Assembly (NCBI GenBank): GCA_051362555.1
Contig: CM120640.1
Location: 24,228,225 to 24,292,224 of the forward strand
Direction of reading: 5' to 3'
DNA length: 64,000 nucleotides
Source: Lingula anatina
Lineage: Eukaryota > Animalia > Brachiopoda
Part shown: positions 36,901 to 51,401 of the stretch, in pieces
How positions within the stretch are numbered: position 1 is the stretch's first letter
Layout of the letters: the number at the start of each line of letters is the position of its first letter
The notes under the pieces: generated by a model
Told to the model about the DNA's origin: nothing
Database searches by the model: none
What the model saw: the letters and a program-made list of their open reading frames with translations, nothing else
Translations under genes and position numbers: made by a program

Positions 36901-39900
36901 TGTGTGAAATGAGCAATTTGTAATTGACAACGGTTGCAAACTATTGTAGGAATAATTGAAGAAAATCATTAACATTGACTCTAACATGTTTTCCAGATGA
37001 GTTTCATGACTAATGCATTAATAATGGAAGCATTTATATTTACCCCAAGGCATGCCAATTGGACATAATGAGAAAATATCCAGTCTGTTTTTCTCATTAT
37101 TTACCAACCTCAAGAATTTTTTCCTATAGCTAATTCCATTACCAGTTGAGTGACACATCCTAATGGAGATATGAATAGTACAAAATCGACCACCTTTAAA
37201 ACAAGACAAAACGTAGAAAACTTTAAAAGAACATTAGAATCCCCTTATATAAAAAGACTGTTATGATTAAAATAATGGCAATTATACCGAAGTAAGTGGT
37301 AGATCCACATGCTTGGTAGAGCACATACCAAAACAACTTTTGAAAAAAACATTGTTACATTTTAATAAAATAAGAATACTTTGATTTAAAATAGGACATG
37401 AATAGTGTCATTTGATGTTTGGGTTCATTGGCATATGATGTATTTGTAAAACAAACATTTGAAAGGGTACAAATATTGCTGTATTTTCTTTGTTTATCTG
37501 TCAGTGTCCTGGGTAGCAAAGTATATGATGAAGGTCATTCCAGAAAATGATTGACTGAAAATGCCAAAAAAGGTAAAAAGTAATGCATTCTCTAAAAAAA
37601 AATCAGACAGAAACAGTTGTGAAAAAAATTCATTTTTCTACTTTTCAGTGGGATGTTGAATCAGACAAGAATCCTCCAGTGCAACCGTGAGTAGATGTAC
37701 TTTTTTCAGCTGTATTTCAGGAAAAACATTTGGATAAATTTTAAAAATATAAAATAATGCTTCAAATAAATAATTAAACCATTTATATTTAGTTTGTACA
37801 TAAATATGTTGATTACAAAATTTAGGTGTGTAAACGTGTTATCAGTGTTTTATTTATTAATTGTTCAAATGTTTTTAATTTTTGTCACTAATATTTATTA
37901 AATTTATTTTATTGCATGTGATAAATGTAGTGCTACTTAGATAATTGAAAAGTATTTGCTTTTATAACTTCAAATTAAGGCACAGCACAGCTTTTTAGTT
38001 TATTGTGATATATTGAACCCAACATAAGTATAAAATGTAACTATAGGAGTTGTTATATTGTATCAAACACTCCCATAACACAGTGTGGTATATTTAATGT
38101 AGCACAGCAACATTGTATCCAATTTTAACATTATATTTTTGACGTTGTATCAAGCCAATGATCCAAATGACTTTTTTTCATCATGCACACAGATCTGGCT
38201 TTTTTATAACAGCAAAGAAACGTGTACACAAACAAAAAATGCCCGGGTAACTGTGGTTTGTGTGTGCATTTTGTCTTTGACTGTATTGATTTAATATGAC
38301 TTTAATTTCTTATGTTTGTTTGGAGATTATGTTGGGATATTTTGGCTTTATTGAGTGATAAATGATAAAGAAGTCACTGTATTGGATATGTTGATAAGAT
38401 AATGCGGTCTTTTTTTTACCTGAGATCTCCAATTATGTGAAGTGATTTGTAAGCTGTCCATGTTAATCCTGTGGCTTATTCGCCTAGTTACATCTCTGTT
38501 TTAGTCTGTTTTGAAATAAACAGGTCAAGTGATTAAGCTACTTTGAGTAGCGTTTTGGAAGAATAACACTTTAAATGGATGCACATGAATGAATTTTCTT
38601 CAGCTTATGTATACTGTTCTGGAATATTTTTGACTTCTTGGGAGGGACATTTTTAAAAAGTTGATTATGCTACAAGTTTTATGAACATTTACTGGGGCTT
38701 GGGGGCATATTTTGATTTTGGCCATGTTTTTTCTAGATGTAGATGTGCACATTTGATTTTATTTAAGATGACTGCACATAACCTAGATTATTGCACATTG
38801 AGTGAATGCTTCAGTCGCACATAGTAATAACTGCATAGTCATATGTAGCCTGTAGTCATTGCACACATCACGATAACTGCATATTGTGAAAAATCATACA
38901 GTGGCACTTGCAGCATTGGTGTGGCTTGTAGCATTAGTATTCTAATTTCTTTTATAAGATTCTTTACACTTTTTCCTTATCACTGTAGTGAACTGTATAA
39001 TTTTATTTCATTTAAACTCCCCCCCCCCCCCCCCAAAAAAAAAAATTCTTTTTCAAACTTTACTTACCCTATATTTTACATCTGAGCAATTTGGTAACTG
39101 AATAATCATGTATCACAGTATGTCAATATGAACTTCTTTTGAAAAATTTCAAATAAAAAATTAAAATCAGATCTTTAGAAATTTATTTATTTCATTAGCA
39201 AAAAAAATTGATATTTTATTTGATAAAATCTGATTGCTTCTTTACCTGGGGGACTTTTTCTTTCATACTTTGCTCATATCTTTAACCTTCAGCACTTGAA
39301 AAAATCTTTCCTCTTGTCAAAATGTACTGCACCTAACATTTTCACTTAATTTCATGAGATATACTGGTTTGATTGTCTGGGTAGTAGTTTAGCATGTAGC
39401 TTATCCCACAGCTTCATTTCTTTCTCTTTTGCCCTCTAGACCACTGCCCATTTTGTCCTATGTGCAAACTCCCAATCTGCAAGTGACCAAGAACACATAC
39501 AACTTTAACAAAATCCGGCAGCAGTACAATCTTAAGTAAGTGGTTCAAGAGTGTGGCAGGTTGCAATTATTGCTGCTAAAAAAAGGCAGTTTTTTTGTAA
39601 TAAACTGATTGTGTTGAAGCATGCACTCCATGGGAGTTCATTTTGTGTAGCTTTGTCAAAGGTTTGTAGACATGTTTTTTTCTTCGTAATATGTTGACTT
39701 GATAAATGCAGATATAGTGAATAAGGTATGTATTTAATGTAGAGTGACTGATATACATGAATACCAGTAGGTATGAATTATATATAGCATAAGATTTTGT
39801 AGATGTTAGAACAATTAATATTTGTTTTGTCTTTGTTTTTGTAGTAGGGAGTCACAACGAGAGCGACACCAGGCAGAAAAAGATTATGTCGAATCTATGA

Positions 39901-42900
39901 GGGGGTTAAAAAGAAAAAGAGAAGTTCTACCACACAGAGCTCCTCTAGATTTACTTATGGGTGGAAAAAGAGCAGAATTCAATGAAAGGTAAGTTCAGAA
40001 TGCTAAAGATACACATGATATAATATATTTAAAAAACAAACCGTGCACTGACTGTGTTATTGTTGTAACTGTATATCTGTGCTGAGTTGTATCCTTTTAA
40101 GTACATTCTATTTAGAAAGTAATTTTCAGGTATTGTTAGAGTAGTATTGAACAACAGGTGCCCTGAGATATACAAGGTCATGATTAGATAAACATGCTTA
40201 TTTAAAGAAAGTTTTTGTTCAAAGCCTCTGGCTTAGGCAAACGAATAAAGAGTTTTATTAGGGTTGTTTGTTCTTTCATTTAAAACCTTACATTTACTTG
40301 TTTGAATTTCATAACTGATTGTTTTTGTTTAGAAATTTGGTGTGTAGCAACAGTGACATTGAAATAATATCTCAGTATTTTATGACTATTTTTCACATAT
40401 TCAGAGAGAGCATAACAGATGAATTAAACAGGCTAAAAAGTATAGTTTTGCCAGCCAATGCCAGGGATCTATACCATGGTAGAGGAATCAAGTTACCTGC
40501 GTAAGTATCAGAAATAATAAAAAATAACTTAATAACTTATTTAGTGTGATTTATATCTAGATTGCTTTCAATTTATTTTAATTGGTTGCCACAGTCCAGA
40601 TTAATGTTTAATTTGCCAGTATAACCAGTAGTTTTGTTTTATTATTTTTATAGATCAAAATGCAATTACCATTTTGCACAATATCATGTATTGTTAATTT
40701 TATTTCAGTCAACATGCCTCAGTGAGTCCAAGACGCCCCATGCCTCCAGATGAAGCAATGAGTAAGTTTTTTATTTCTGCATAGATGTGTAGCAGACACT
40801 GCATTGAATGCTTGACACATGTACCCGGTATCATGATCAGCATTGTTGTATGTGTATTACTGATATAGAAATGTTTTATTATATATTTATTTATCCTATG
40901 CCCCATATTATTAATCATGTATATGCTCACTGTCTATGAAGGATCCCTGCACTAAGTGGATTGAATGTTAGAGATGTAAATATTGTATACTATACTGGAA
41001 CTACCATCTGGCCATTGTTGCTAATTTAGATGTTGTGCTGATGTAACTGGCTTTAGACATACATAACTTCACTGAATGCTACTCAATAACTGTAGTCGCA
41101 TTGCACTCTCAAATGAATGTTGTGATTTACTAGTGAATGATTGGCAAAATTTAACTCAAGTTTATGTCAGGGTTAATATTAAAAAATGAAATATATCATT
41201 TGCTTACCTTTATTGAAATGGAACGAGTTTGATATGTGTTTATTGGATGAGAATGTATTTTTTTATCATTGTCATTTTCACAGCATATAGACATAGCAAA
41301 ATAGTCCTGGTTCCATCTGAAATTGGTTCCGTCTGAAATAAGATATGGTATTTTCTGCCAGATTTTCTCCATATTGTGTATATTACAATAATTACTTTTA
41401 TTACTGAAAGCCAGTATCGTTCCTTCATCATATATTTCATTATTCCATGTACATGCTGGTACATATTTTGAATATATTTAATTCATTTGCATTCATGGTA
41501 TCTGCAGTAGATACTTTATTGGCTGAAAGGAGACGGAACTTATTTATGGGTTAGTAATTTCATCGCTACATACAATAACTGGGCTTAATGTTTTCTTCAG
41601 TTTTTGTTAGCATTTGTGTGATGCCTTGTATGTGTGATATAAAGGCTACTTGTACAGTATGCTTCCTCACATTAGTTGACTTTTACATAGTGGTAGTGTA
41701 CAGGTTTAAGGCATTTTGTGTTTCTCATTTGTATGCTAGAAAGAAAAGAAAAGAAAAGCATGTTTGTGTTAGGTGTTATACATGTAAAATAGAACACTTT
41801 TTGGAAGATGCATTCAAAGAAACCGATGTAAATAAAAATGAGAATCCAGTGATCTGTTAAAGTTGTGCGGTACATCTTGTAGCCACTGTTATGAGAAGTT
41901 ACAGAGAGCATGGATCAAGACACCTTATATGCTTAGTGCCTCTTAACAAACACTGCTTTGGAATAGGCCAACTTCAATTTTTATAGCAAATAGTGTAAAG
42001 GTACATACTTTCAATTCTACATTTTCATTGATAAAAAGAATTAGATGCTTTTGTTTTCCTTCATTTTTGATTTTTGTGTCCTATTTTGGGGACCTTCTCT
42101 CGTAAGTTGTCCATATTTTATTTTTCGTACAGACTTTATGTTTAGTTTTAATCACATTCATTTGCAGTTACAACCTCGGCTCCTGCCACTCTAGTTCGGG
42201 TTCCAGTCTCTCACCAACCTTCCAAGTTGTCCCGAAAATCCAATACTTTCATTTCCCAAAAACCCAAGAAAAAGACTCTTGCAGTTATACCTCCTATCAA
42301 ACGCCAGGCAACTGTTCCCGAGTCCAGACCTGAATTTAAGCCTGACCCCCAACCCCCTGTCTTAGCCAAGAAGGAAGAAACTGTAGTTATGAGAGAGCCG
42401 TCTCCTCCATCTTCTCCATCTCCAGTAGCTGAGTACAATCCCATATTAGGTAGATACCCATTTCAACATGTATTCTCTCTCTATAAGTGTATTCACGCTG
42501 TGCTGGAAAATGTTTCCCTGAGTTTCCCATCTCAATATTCAGTATGAGAGCATTTAGTTGTCATACAGACAGCAACCTCAATACTGTGTTGGTTACAGTA
42601 TGGTTTGCTTTGTTGATAACTCATCAGTGGACAAGATTTGATCAAACAGATCAAAAGTGGATAGCCTTTTTTCTAACTTTTTACTAATTGTTTAGTTGTT
42701 TATCATTTTTTATATTTATTTTATCTTATTAATATTTTTTGCTTAAAATTAAATTTTTCTTATGTTCAGATTTTAAGACAATTTAAAGAATTTTTTTCAC
42801 AACATTTAAGAATTTCCCGTTCTTGCTCTGATACATTGTACAACAGAATGACTGAATATTGATATGGGAGCTGACATATAGGAGCAATATTCCACTGCAG

Positions 42901-44684
42901 GCTTATACCTTTCCTGTAAATGTAGCCTTATTGCTTACCTTATGTGTTCTATACACTGTAGAGTACAATGATTAAGAAGTAAACTTGTAAATGTGCATGA
43001 ATAGAAGCAGTGATCTTTACCCAGATGTCAAATACTTTGTCCAAATTTGTTTTTAAACTGTTCAACACTAATCCATGTTGTAACTACTCACTTATTTTTG
43101 ATTTGTGTTGTGAGTTGATAACTGTACTGAAAACTGATGAGCACAGTTTTTACTAAGATGCACATGACCTAATCTGTAGATTTTTATGATAATACCTATA
43201 ATGATGAAAACTTAACTCTCTTGCCGTTTTTTACACCTAGCACATAACACTTCACTGGATTCCTCCTTCCTAAAGTTTAGGAATTGAATAATCTGCAACA
43301 TAGTATTTTAGGGGAAAAAAAGAGAATATACAAGCTAAACATTTATGAACTGGTATTGTATGTTTGCAGTAAAACTGAATTACACCATAGGTGAATTCAA
43401 TGATTAAAAAGCTTCTGCAAGACTTGCAAACTCTGTGGTTATTTTGTTTGAAACTGTGTGGTGGCATTTGGTCAGTTTAGCACTGATTTGACATAAGTGC
43501 TCCCTCAGTATGCCTCTAAAGACAATGACAAAACTTTTACAACAGTTGCTGTTGTTTTTTATGCAAGTTTAGTGTACAATTTTAGTTGTTAGAAAACAAA
43601 ACTATAGCAATTATTCAAAGATGATGAAAAATTCACAGTTCACTATCAGTAGCATCTTAGCTAGTAATTGCTTGTTAGAACTTTTCTTTAACATAAATCT
43701 TGGACTTCACGATTTGCATTTAGACTGTTATGACTAATATTTCTAGAACAGGTTTATGTTGATTTCACTCATTTACCATGACTATGGCTTTTGAGTGTAT
43801 CTGTGGTTCATTTATTGTAGGTCCTTGCTGCATGCTTCAGCTTTATGGGCTTATCATTACAGCACTTTATAATCCAGGCTTGTTTGCATTTTAAGGCATG
43901 TTCTCATACAAGTTGGGTCAGCCCTCCTCTATAGACTGTCAGATTTAACAAAACCCACCATAAGCAGCAAGTGTATACTCCTCTTGTCCCCAAAAGTTAG
44001 TTCTTTGCTGTGTTCTTTGCTGTTTTCAGTAGTAGGAATTAAAAGTAGAAAACAGAGAAAAACATTTGCTGCTTATGTTGAATTTAGCTTAATCAGGCAG
44101 CTCATAAAGAAGGGCTGAATTAAAAACTGTCACCACAACCTGTGTGTAAATGTGCCTGAACCCATTAGTGTGATTATAGATGCTATTTTGAATACTTTAT
44201 AGTCAGTTTTGCTCCTAGTGTTTAACCTAAATATATTTAATCAGTAATTACAAACTAATCAGCACTTGTTCTCAGCATGCTCTAGGTTTAGTTTAAAGAG
44301 TAACTTTTCCCTCTCCTGACTAAAATGGACATTTTATTTCATTTTTTTTACTGTTTTAAACCTGTATTCATTTTGACAAATTAATGCTGTTTGATATGAA
44401 TAATAAGGCTGACTGGATTAATAAAACCTTGTTCCTTTTTTTGTTCCCAGGGGTATTAGACCCCAGCAGACATTCTTCCAGTATAGCTCCAAGGACGCCA
44501 CGGGTTCCAGTCCACAGTGACGATGACGATCTACATGATCATGATCATAATAGAGGACCGAGTAGAACACTGCCGCGGTAAGTAACAACATTGTGGAGGA
44601 CAATTATTGAGAGATTACATTGTAATGGGGATGTTTGAATCCCAGGGTTAACAAATGAGTGTGACTGATGCCTCATAGAGCATT

Positions 44685-44726
<42 letters not shown>

Positions 44727-47700
44727 ATTTTATTGCCAACTTTGATTTAATGACCATTTTACCTTAACTACAGGAGATATTTGTTGAAATGAGACAGCAG
44801 GACTGATCACACAATATGCATGGCTTCAGTTTTTAACCCTAACATGCTTGCAAAAAATAAGAGGTGGCGAGTTTTTCCATCCCTGGATCCGTCTTTTTTG
44901 TTCAAACCTTGGGAGAGGTTTAAAATTGAAGTATACAATATGCCATTGTTTTTCTTTCTATCTTGAAAACTTGCAGTCCATCTCTGAGGTGCATACGAGT
45001 TTGATCAATGGTCACATGATGTTTGCAATGGTTTCTCTTATAAATGACCTTCGATCTTCAAAGGAAATGGATATTTCAGTAGTTGAGACTCTCAATAGCT
45101 CTGCTTCATGAATGTAACCTTTTTGTTTTTGTTGTTTTTGGTGCTCTTGTTGTTGTCATGTTATGAAAGAAAATAAAAACAGTGCACTTAATTTTGATAC
45201 CTGAAGCTGTGGTGTGCTAGAATACATACTGTCATATAGAGATGTTGATTATTGATAGGGATAAGCCATTCCCCATATTGAACGATCCTTGGACAAATTA
45301 CTACAATATACATTATTTTTAATCATATTAAATTTTACAGCTTTTTAAGAGGATTTCTGAAAGGTTTGACACATTTCTCCCAAATTTTACTCATGCTATA
45401 ACTCTGTTGGCATAAGAGGCCCGCTTACTGTGATAACAATGCCTGAGGATCAGTTGGTATTAGGTCAGGGCTCTTGTGATGCAAGTATTTTAATGAAAAT
45501 TGTGTTTGGATATATCAGTACAAATGAAAAAAATGCCTGACAATTAATGCAAAGGTCACTTAATTAATTTCAAAATGAAAACCATCATCATAAACATTTT
45601 ATTTCTTAATATTAATTGTTTATACTGTGATTGAAAGCTTGCATCTGTAACTTGCTATAGCATTTATAGTGTCCATCTTTTTCACCCTTAGTCCCAGTTT
45701 GGAAGTTCAACAAACAGATGAGGATAAAATGGAGGTGGACCCACCACCAGAGGACACCACAGGCCAGAAAACGCCAGAGTCTGGCCCTGCAGCACATAAG
45801 TCTACCACTCCTAACCCACTGAAGGTAAGTCTGCTGTGAACGCTATATGTGAGGAACATCCATGTAGGTTTTAACATTATGGCTGAATTTTCTAATAGCA
45901 TTAAAACAAAAACTCTTATATTAATGCATTTATCTGGCTAAGGAAACACCTCGCTATATATAAATGAAATGTGATAGGTATGACAATGCATTGCCTCTTT
46001 GCTATAACATTACTGGGGTAGGGATGATAATCATATTGGAGATAATTTTGATTTTTTTATTGACACAAAAACTTTTTTGTATCCTGCAGGGGGTAGATTT
46101 AACTTCTGCTGTGCCTCAAGATCAAAGAGAGGAGTTGGAGGTTGTTTTCAAGAATTTAGATACAGATAATGATGGGTGAGTACATGGAATTTTTGGGAAT
46201 AGCCTTCGTGATTGCCATTGATTACCTTAGTATGATGTCAATTTCTCAGGATAGTTTTTTAATTGTCTTAAAATTTTTTAAACTAAATAGTTATATATAG
46301 CATAATTAAAACTATTAGTATCTGTTGTTGAAAATCATTTGAAATATTGTTCATTAGTTTTAATTATAATTTTCTTTCAATTCAGACACCTTAAATATAA
46401 TGAAGTAACCAAAGTACTTCCACAGGGATTGTCCAATGCTCAACAAAGATACATAAAACAGGTATGGCAGTGCTGTGCTAATTATAAAAAATAAGATATT
46501 GTAACTCAGAGCTCTGCACCATGATAAAATGTTAGACATTAAAACCTTTTATTGTTTATCCTTTGTCTTGATAATATGGTTCCACATATGTAGTTTGGAT
46601 GTACTTTATTCTGGTCATTTTCCAGGTGTATGACATCACCAGTGCCAGTACCTTCTTTGGGGTTGATGAATTTGTGACGCTCTCTTGTTTGTGCCAAAAG
46701 ATGGCAACACTTAGGTAAGGATACAGCATTTCGGGTTTCCAATAATAAGAGCTTTGTAGATAAATTTATATAAGATTTGTGGAACATATAGATTAACTGG
46801 ACAGAAGAAATGCATAATAACTTGTAATAATAGGACATTGGTATGTTAACATGTAATTAAACTTTGAAATAACTTTTCAGTGGTGCTGCACAAGATTCCT
46901 ATGAGGAGCTTGATTTTGCTACACTACAGACGTCTGTCCTACAGTTTGTGGTAGGTACAGTTAGTGGCTGTCCGATTAAATTTTTTGATCTTGAACAAAT
47001 AAAGCAAATCAATTTACAGTTTTCCTTAAGTTTCAAAAAACAACTGAATAGTTATCTAATTTAAGGTGAAAATGATGCACACTGGAGTTTTATGGCATCT
47101 GTGTGAAATGAAGCTACTTTAGTCTCCAGAGATGTAATTTACTTTGAGTTCAGTTTGAAAAAAAAACTGTTTGGGCATCATTAAAACCAGTTACTCACCA
47201 GTTTCTTCATGGGGAGAAATAAATCAAAGAAACCATTTTAAGTGTGTGTGCAATTATGTTAACTGAATATGACAATTTGACCCAGATGAATTTAAACAAA
47301 ATAAATTGTATATCTGCCAAATTTTTGGACAGTTTAGTCATCCAAGTACAGATAAAATACATTTTAAAGAAGTACCGTGGCATTTTTCTTTTCTTTCGTA
47401 TCATTTCATTTCATGGTGCACTAAGCAAAGCTATATGCCAGCAAATGTTAATGCTAGGAGTCAAATATATCTGGTTTTTAGTATTGGGAACATTTTCAAT
47501 ATCCTTCAGATATAAATTTGTTTTTATTTTACAGGAGTTGTTCCAGTCAGTAGACAGGAATGAAAAAGGCAAGATCAGCATAGAGTCCTTGGAGGAGATC
47601 CTGGTGACACTCCTAGAAAAGAATAAAGTAGATAATGTGGAGCTTTTCCAAGAAATCAAGCAGGTTGTTGACCCAGTAAGTAGGGCAGAATTGATGAAAA

Positions 47701-48010
47701 TGAGTGAAAAAGAAATTCAACTTACATGTAACTTATGTACCTACAAATGTTGTATGTTTTTTTTACTGTACAATGTTGGCTAAGAAACTCATATTTTAAC
47801 ACTTATGGTTCATAAAAAAAGTAACAGAATTAGATGTTTTCATGGGTGCAACCAAGATTGTCATCCCTTATTAATGCTTCATTGAACTTTATCTAGAAAT
47901 TAAAGAGACAAACCTCCTTTTATTTTTTTCAGAATGACGAGGACTCCGTTACAAAAATAGACTATATTGCATATATTCCTTACTTTTTGTCTCTAAAACA
48001 AAAGTCATGA
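33976..48010 (+). CDS. Uncharacterised ~650-aa EF-hand domain protein (gene B) with a long Pro/Ser-rich disordered N-terminus
   Basis: Exons 33976-34200, 35127-35227, 36160-36277, 37649-37686, 39440-39535, 39848-39988, 40405-40500, 40709-40761, (optional 41508-41549), 42168-42449, 44451-44577, 45692-45824, 46090-46175, 46386-46461, 46626-46714, 46881-46950, 47535-47675, 47933-48010; phase-consistent (1950 nt without the optional exon). Canonical EF loop DTDNDGHLKYNE, and degenerate loops DRNEKGKISIES and DPNDEDSVTKID. Confidence 0.85.
34300..34378. repeat. Perfect 15-bp inverted repeat with 49-nt spacer
   Basis: TAGCACGAAAATTCA (34300-34314) and TGAATTTTCGTGCTA (34364-34378). Confidence 0.85.
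44689..44720. repeat. (CT)n microsatellite
   Basis: Directly visible in a gene B intron. Confidence 0.9.
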
Positions 48011-50119
48011 AGTAAAGAATAGGGATCTGACTGGGAAAGAGTCATAGATGTGTGCAATATACCCATCATCCAAATGGAGACTTGAGATTGATTTGTGAAG
48101 TAGTGAAAGGAGGAGGATTGAAGCAGTTTTGTCAGCAGCATCTTGTTGCTCTTTGGAAAACCATCAGGATGCTTGTGTATTTATAGAAAAGTGGGTCATC
48201 AGATTTGCTTTAGAGACAAAAACTGGAAAACGGATGGTCTTGGAAGATATCGAACCACAATGTTATTGGAGTTGATCACATGCTGTGTCTGTTCACCAAT
48301 GAAGGAGTTCCTTATGAAGACAAAAACCCATTAACTTTTGGATTTGTTTTAGCAGTGATTAAATCCATTTTTAATCCAATGACTTTTCTTCATGTTCTAG
48401 ACTTAAAAGTGGGAAACTGACATAATCTAATTTCAGTCATTTCCATTCACTGATTAAACAACTTACATATGTGAGGATTGACACCAACATGTAAGCACTC
48501 TTAAACTCTGGGTTAACTGTAAAGGAATTTGAAAGAATTAGTTATTGAATTAAAATTAACTGAGACTTTCAATCAAAATGTAAATGAACCTTGTGATTTT
48601 AAGTCTTTATACTTCAAGTAAAGCTGATGTATAAAATAAAACCGTGTCCATAATTTTTTTGGTAAATTGCAAGTGTGTTGAAAGAACGTTTATTCCTTAA
48701 CACATTTTATTGGTCATATGTAATTGGCCCAACTGTTAACTGGTCTTATGTAACCTTTAAAACATTTATTAAAGTAACAACTATTTAACATAAGACAGTC
48801 ATGTATTTATTTCAAATAATAATGATACCTTACTGAAATGTCTGATTTTCTATTTACTGCATTTATTATGCATGGGGCTAAAAGTAAATGGCAAGAGATT
48901 TTAGAGCTTTAATATTGAAAAGAACTTCTATCAATAATAAAATTGTTTATGCAAGAAACATTTAAGATATTGTATCACAAGTTCAGTTCCATGTGGATCA
49001 ACACATTATGAAGAAAAACTGCACTATAAAACAATTCAGGCTAGGCCCCAGCCAAAACTAAAAAGTCTTAAGTCTAACTAATATTTTAAAGATTCTCAAC
49101 TGAAATTGATATTGCAGAAAATAGCACATATAATTTGAAAATAACTTAAGTAAGAGATATTAATCATTTGTACATTGGCTATACACAAAAGTCACATTGC
49201 TCTGGTTGTCATACAATTAAAATCAGTGTTTAGTCATATATACTTGTCTTGAGGAAAAATTATTTGAACACACAGCATTCCACAAAACTTGTAACACAGG
49301 CATACCATAAAATACTAATTTATCTGTTCTTTATCTACTGGGATTGGAAGAAGAAGAAACTATATTACATATATGGAATATGCCCCCTGACAATAAAAAG
49401 GATTCAATTAACAATATGTTAGGGTACTTAATTGTTTCGAGAATCCTAGAAAAAACGTCATCGCTAATAAAAAATATAATGAGCACAACTACATAACAAC
49501 CTTAAATACATAAACTTATCACATTCACTGCATCTACACCATGGAAATTAGAATCTGGGTAGGACCTGAAACCTTAGGACACCTGCTCCTGCAAACCTCA
49601 ACAGATTTTCTAAAACGAGGTCCAAAAGACAACTTCAACTGAGAAGAACTAAATTTGCATTTGTCTGACTATTTATGACTTCTAAAGTCAAATGATTAAA
49701 ACTACAATAATATTTCAGTCTCTTATCTTGGAACTACAGCAGCAAGATAGACTGTTGTCATATTACTCCAAAAATTAAAAACAAGGTGATCTCTGACCAC
49801 TTGCCCAGGGTAAAAATTACAAAATTTATACAGTCAAAATATAAAATGGAGAATCCACTTCATGGACCCTTGATAAAATGAATACATCCCTCCATCCAGC
49901 CTTCTCATTGGAATGTATGCCTTGGTTTAATAAAATGTAGGTCGTAAAGATGCCATTGCACTGTCCTGGTCCTTGACACTGATTTTAATGTTTAAATTCA
50001 GCATCAGAACATTAGTCAAAATCACAAAATAAGGAACACTTAAGTTGCAAAATAAGACACCATATGCTAAATTTAGTTTTTCTTCTTTTGTGCAATCTAA
50101 ATGTCACATCGGTTTGTTC

Positions 50120-50251
50120 ATAGAAGTATATATATATATTGATGCACCTTGAAAGATCTACATTATAGTTGTTAAATACAGTCAACAACTATAATAAGTT
50201 TAACAACTATAATGTAGATCTTTCAAGGTGCATCAATATATATACTTCTAT
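50120..50251. repeat. Long near-perfect palindrome (~53-bp arms, 22-nt loop)
   Basis: ATAGAAG(TA)nTTGATGCACCTTGAAAGATCTACATTATAGTTGTTAAA (50120-50176) is the reverse complement of 50199-50251 except for TA copy number. Confidence 0.95.
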
Positions 50252-51401
50252 TTTTATCAAGATCTATACAGTGATTTTAACATGAATCCTCATTGGTTTG
50301 TTCACAAACAAAAAATGCAGAATCAATTCATCAGCTTACTAAATAATCCTGATACAACTCCCTTCTCTTGTGTAAGGAAGTGGTTAACTAGGCATTGATT
50401 TGCTTTTATTCCACCCAGAACATAATGTAATTTGCATCCGCCTCTTATCATACCATGAACATATTGTATGCATTTTATACTCCCTCTTTAAGTGTTTACA
50501 TCAAATCAAAATAAGCCACCTCAGAGTAATGGAAGACCAAAAAAAAATATCCACGTCTACCTTTTCGAGGCCTATCATACCCTAGAATCCATAATGCAAG
50601 ATAATGATTCTTATGTATAAGTAGTAATACTATTCAGACAACATATCGGACCACTTGAACTGAGAGTAACCTAGCCATGTAATTCAGCCTTCACACAGAT
50701 AATGCTGTCTTTTTTTCTCTTTGTTTTGGCACTGTGTGAATACATCAAGGTCCCACCACTTGGAGGGAAAGACATCCAATACTAGATATTTTGCTGCATC
50801 ATTTTTCCACCATGATCTTCCAGTGTCTCATATTCTACACTAATTTGATTACAATATCCATTCAAATTTTTCTACCAAAAAAATAAAGAACTTTCATTTA
50901 ATCAACATACTCGAGTAGTTCCAAACAGTCAGTAGGCCTAACAACAGCCCTACATGTACAAACCTAATAGAAACAAATTGACATTGTTGACCTGTAACTA
51001 CACCCCTTGTGTCTCAGAGACTGGCTGGTAAGAGTGGTGCTGGCAAGAAAACACAGCCAGGGAGGGAATCTGATGCCTTCTACAACATTTCCTACAAAGA
51101 GAGCACTTCATTTGGTGTTGTAATTGCCTCCAAGCTGGCTTATGTCACTGCACGAGTGCGTGCCAAGTTAATATAAATGTAACACTGGAGGGAATAAGAC
51201 TTGTAGACCTGCTGCTTTGTAGATCATGGCAAGATGAGACAGTTGTCTTCGTTGTAGTTCATGGAACTCACACAATCTCCAGAATATCCGAATCTCATTT
51301 GTTTTCAACAATGGTGTCGATAAATGTTCTCACCCAAATTATTCTTGAGCTGGTCAACGTAAAGCAAAACTGTTTGATGAATTTCTGGTCTTAATTTGTT
51401 G

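Noticed and set aside
38213-38246. 34-nt exon-like segment in gene B
   Set aside because: Not phase-compatible with the flanking exons and the model is complete without it.
40089-40097. GTATCCTTT U12-type donor-like motif
   Set aside because: Not at a modelled exon boundary; all modelled introns are ordinary GT-AG.
47244-47783. 179-aa ORF and the many other 60-130 aa ORFs in the track
   Set aside because: They are single exons with intronic extensions, antisense shadows of real exons, or chance ORFs with non-ATG starts.
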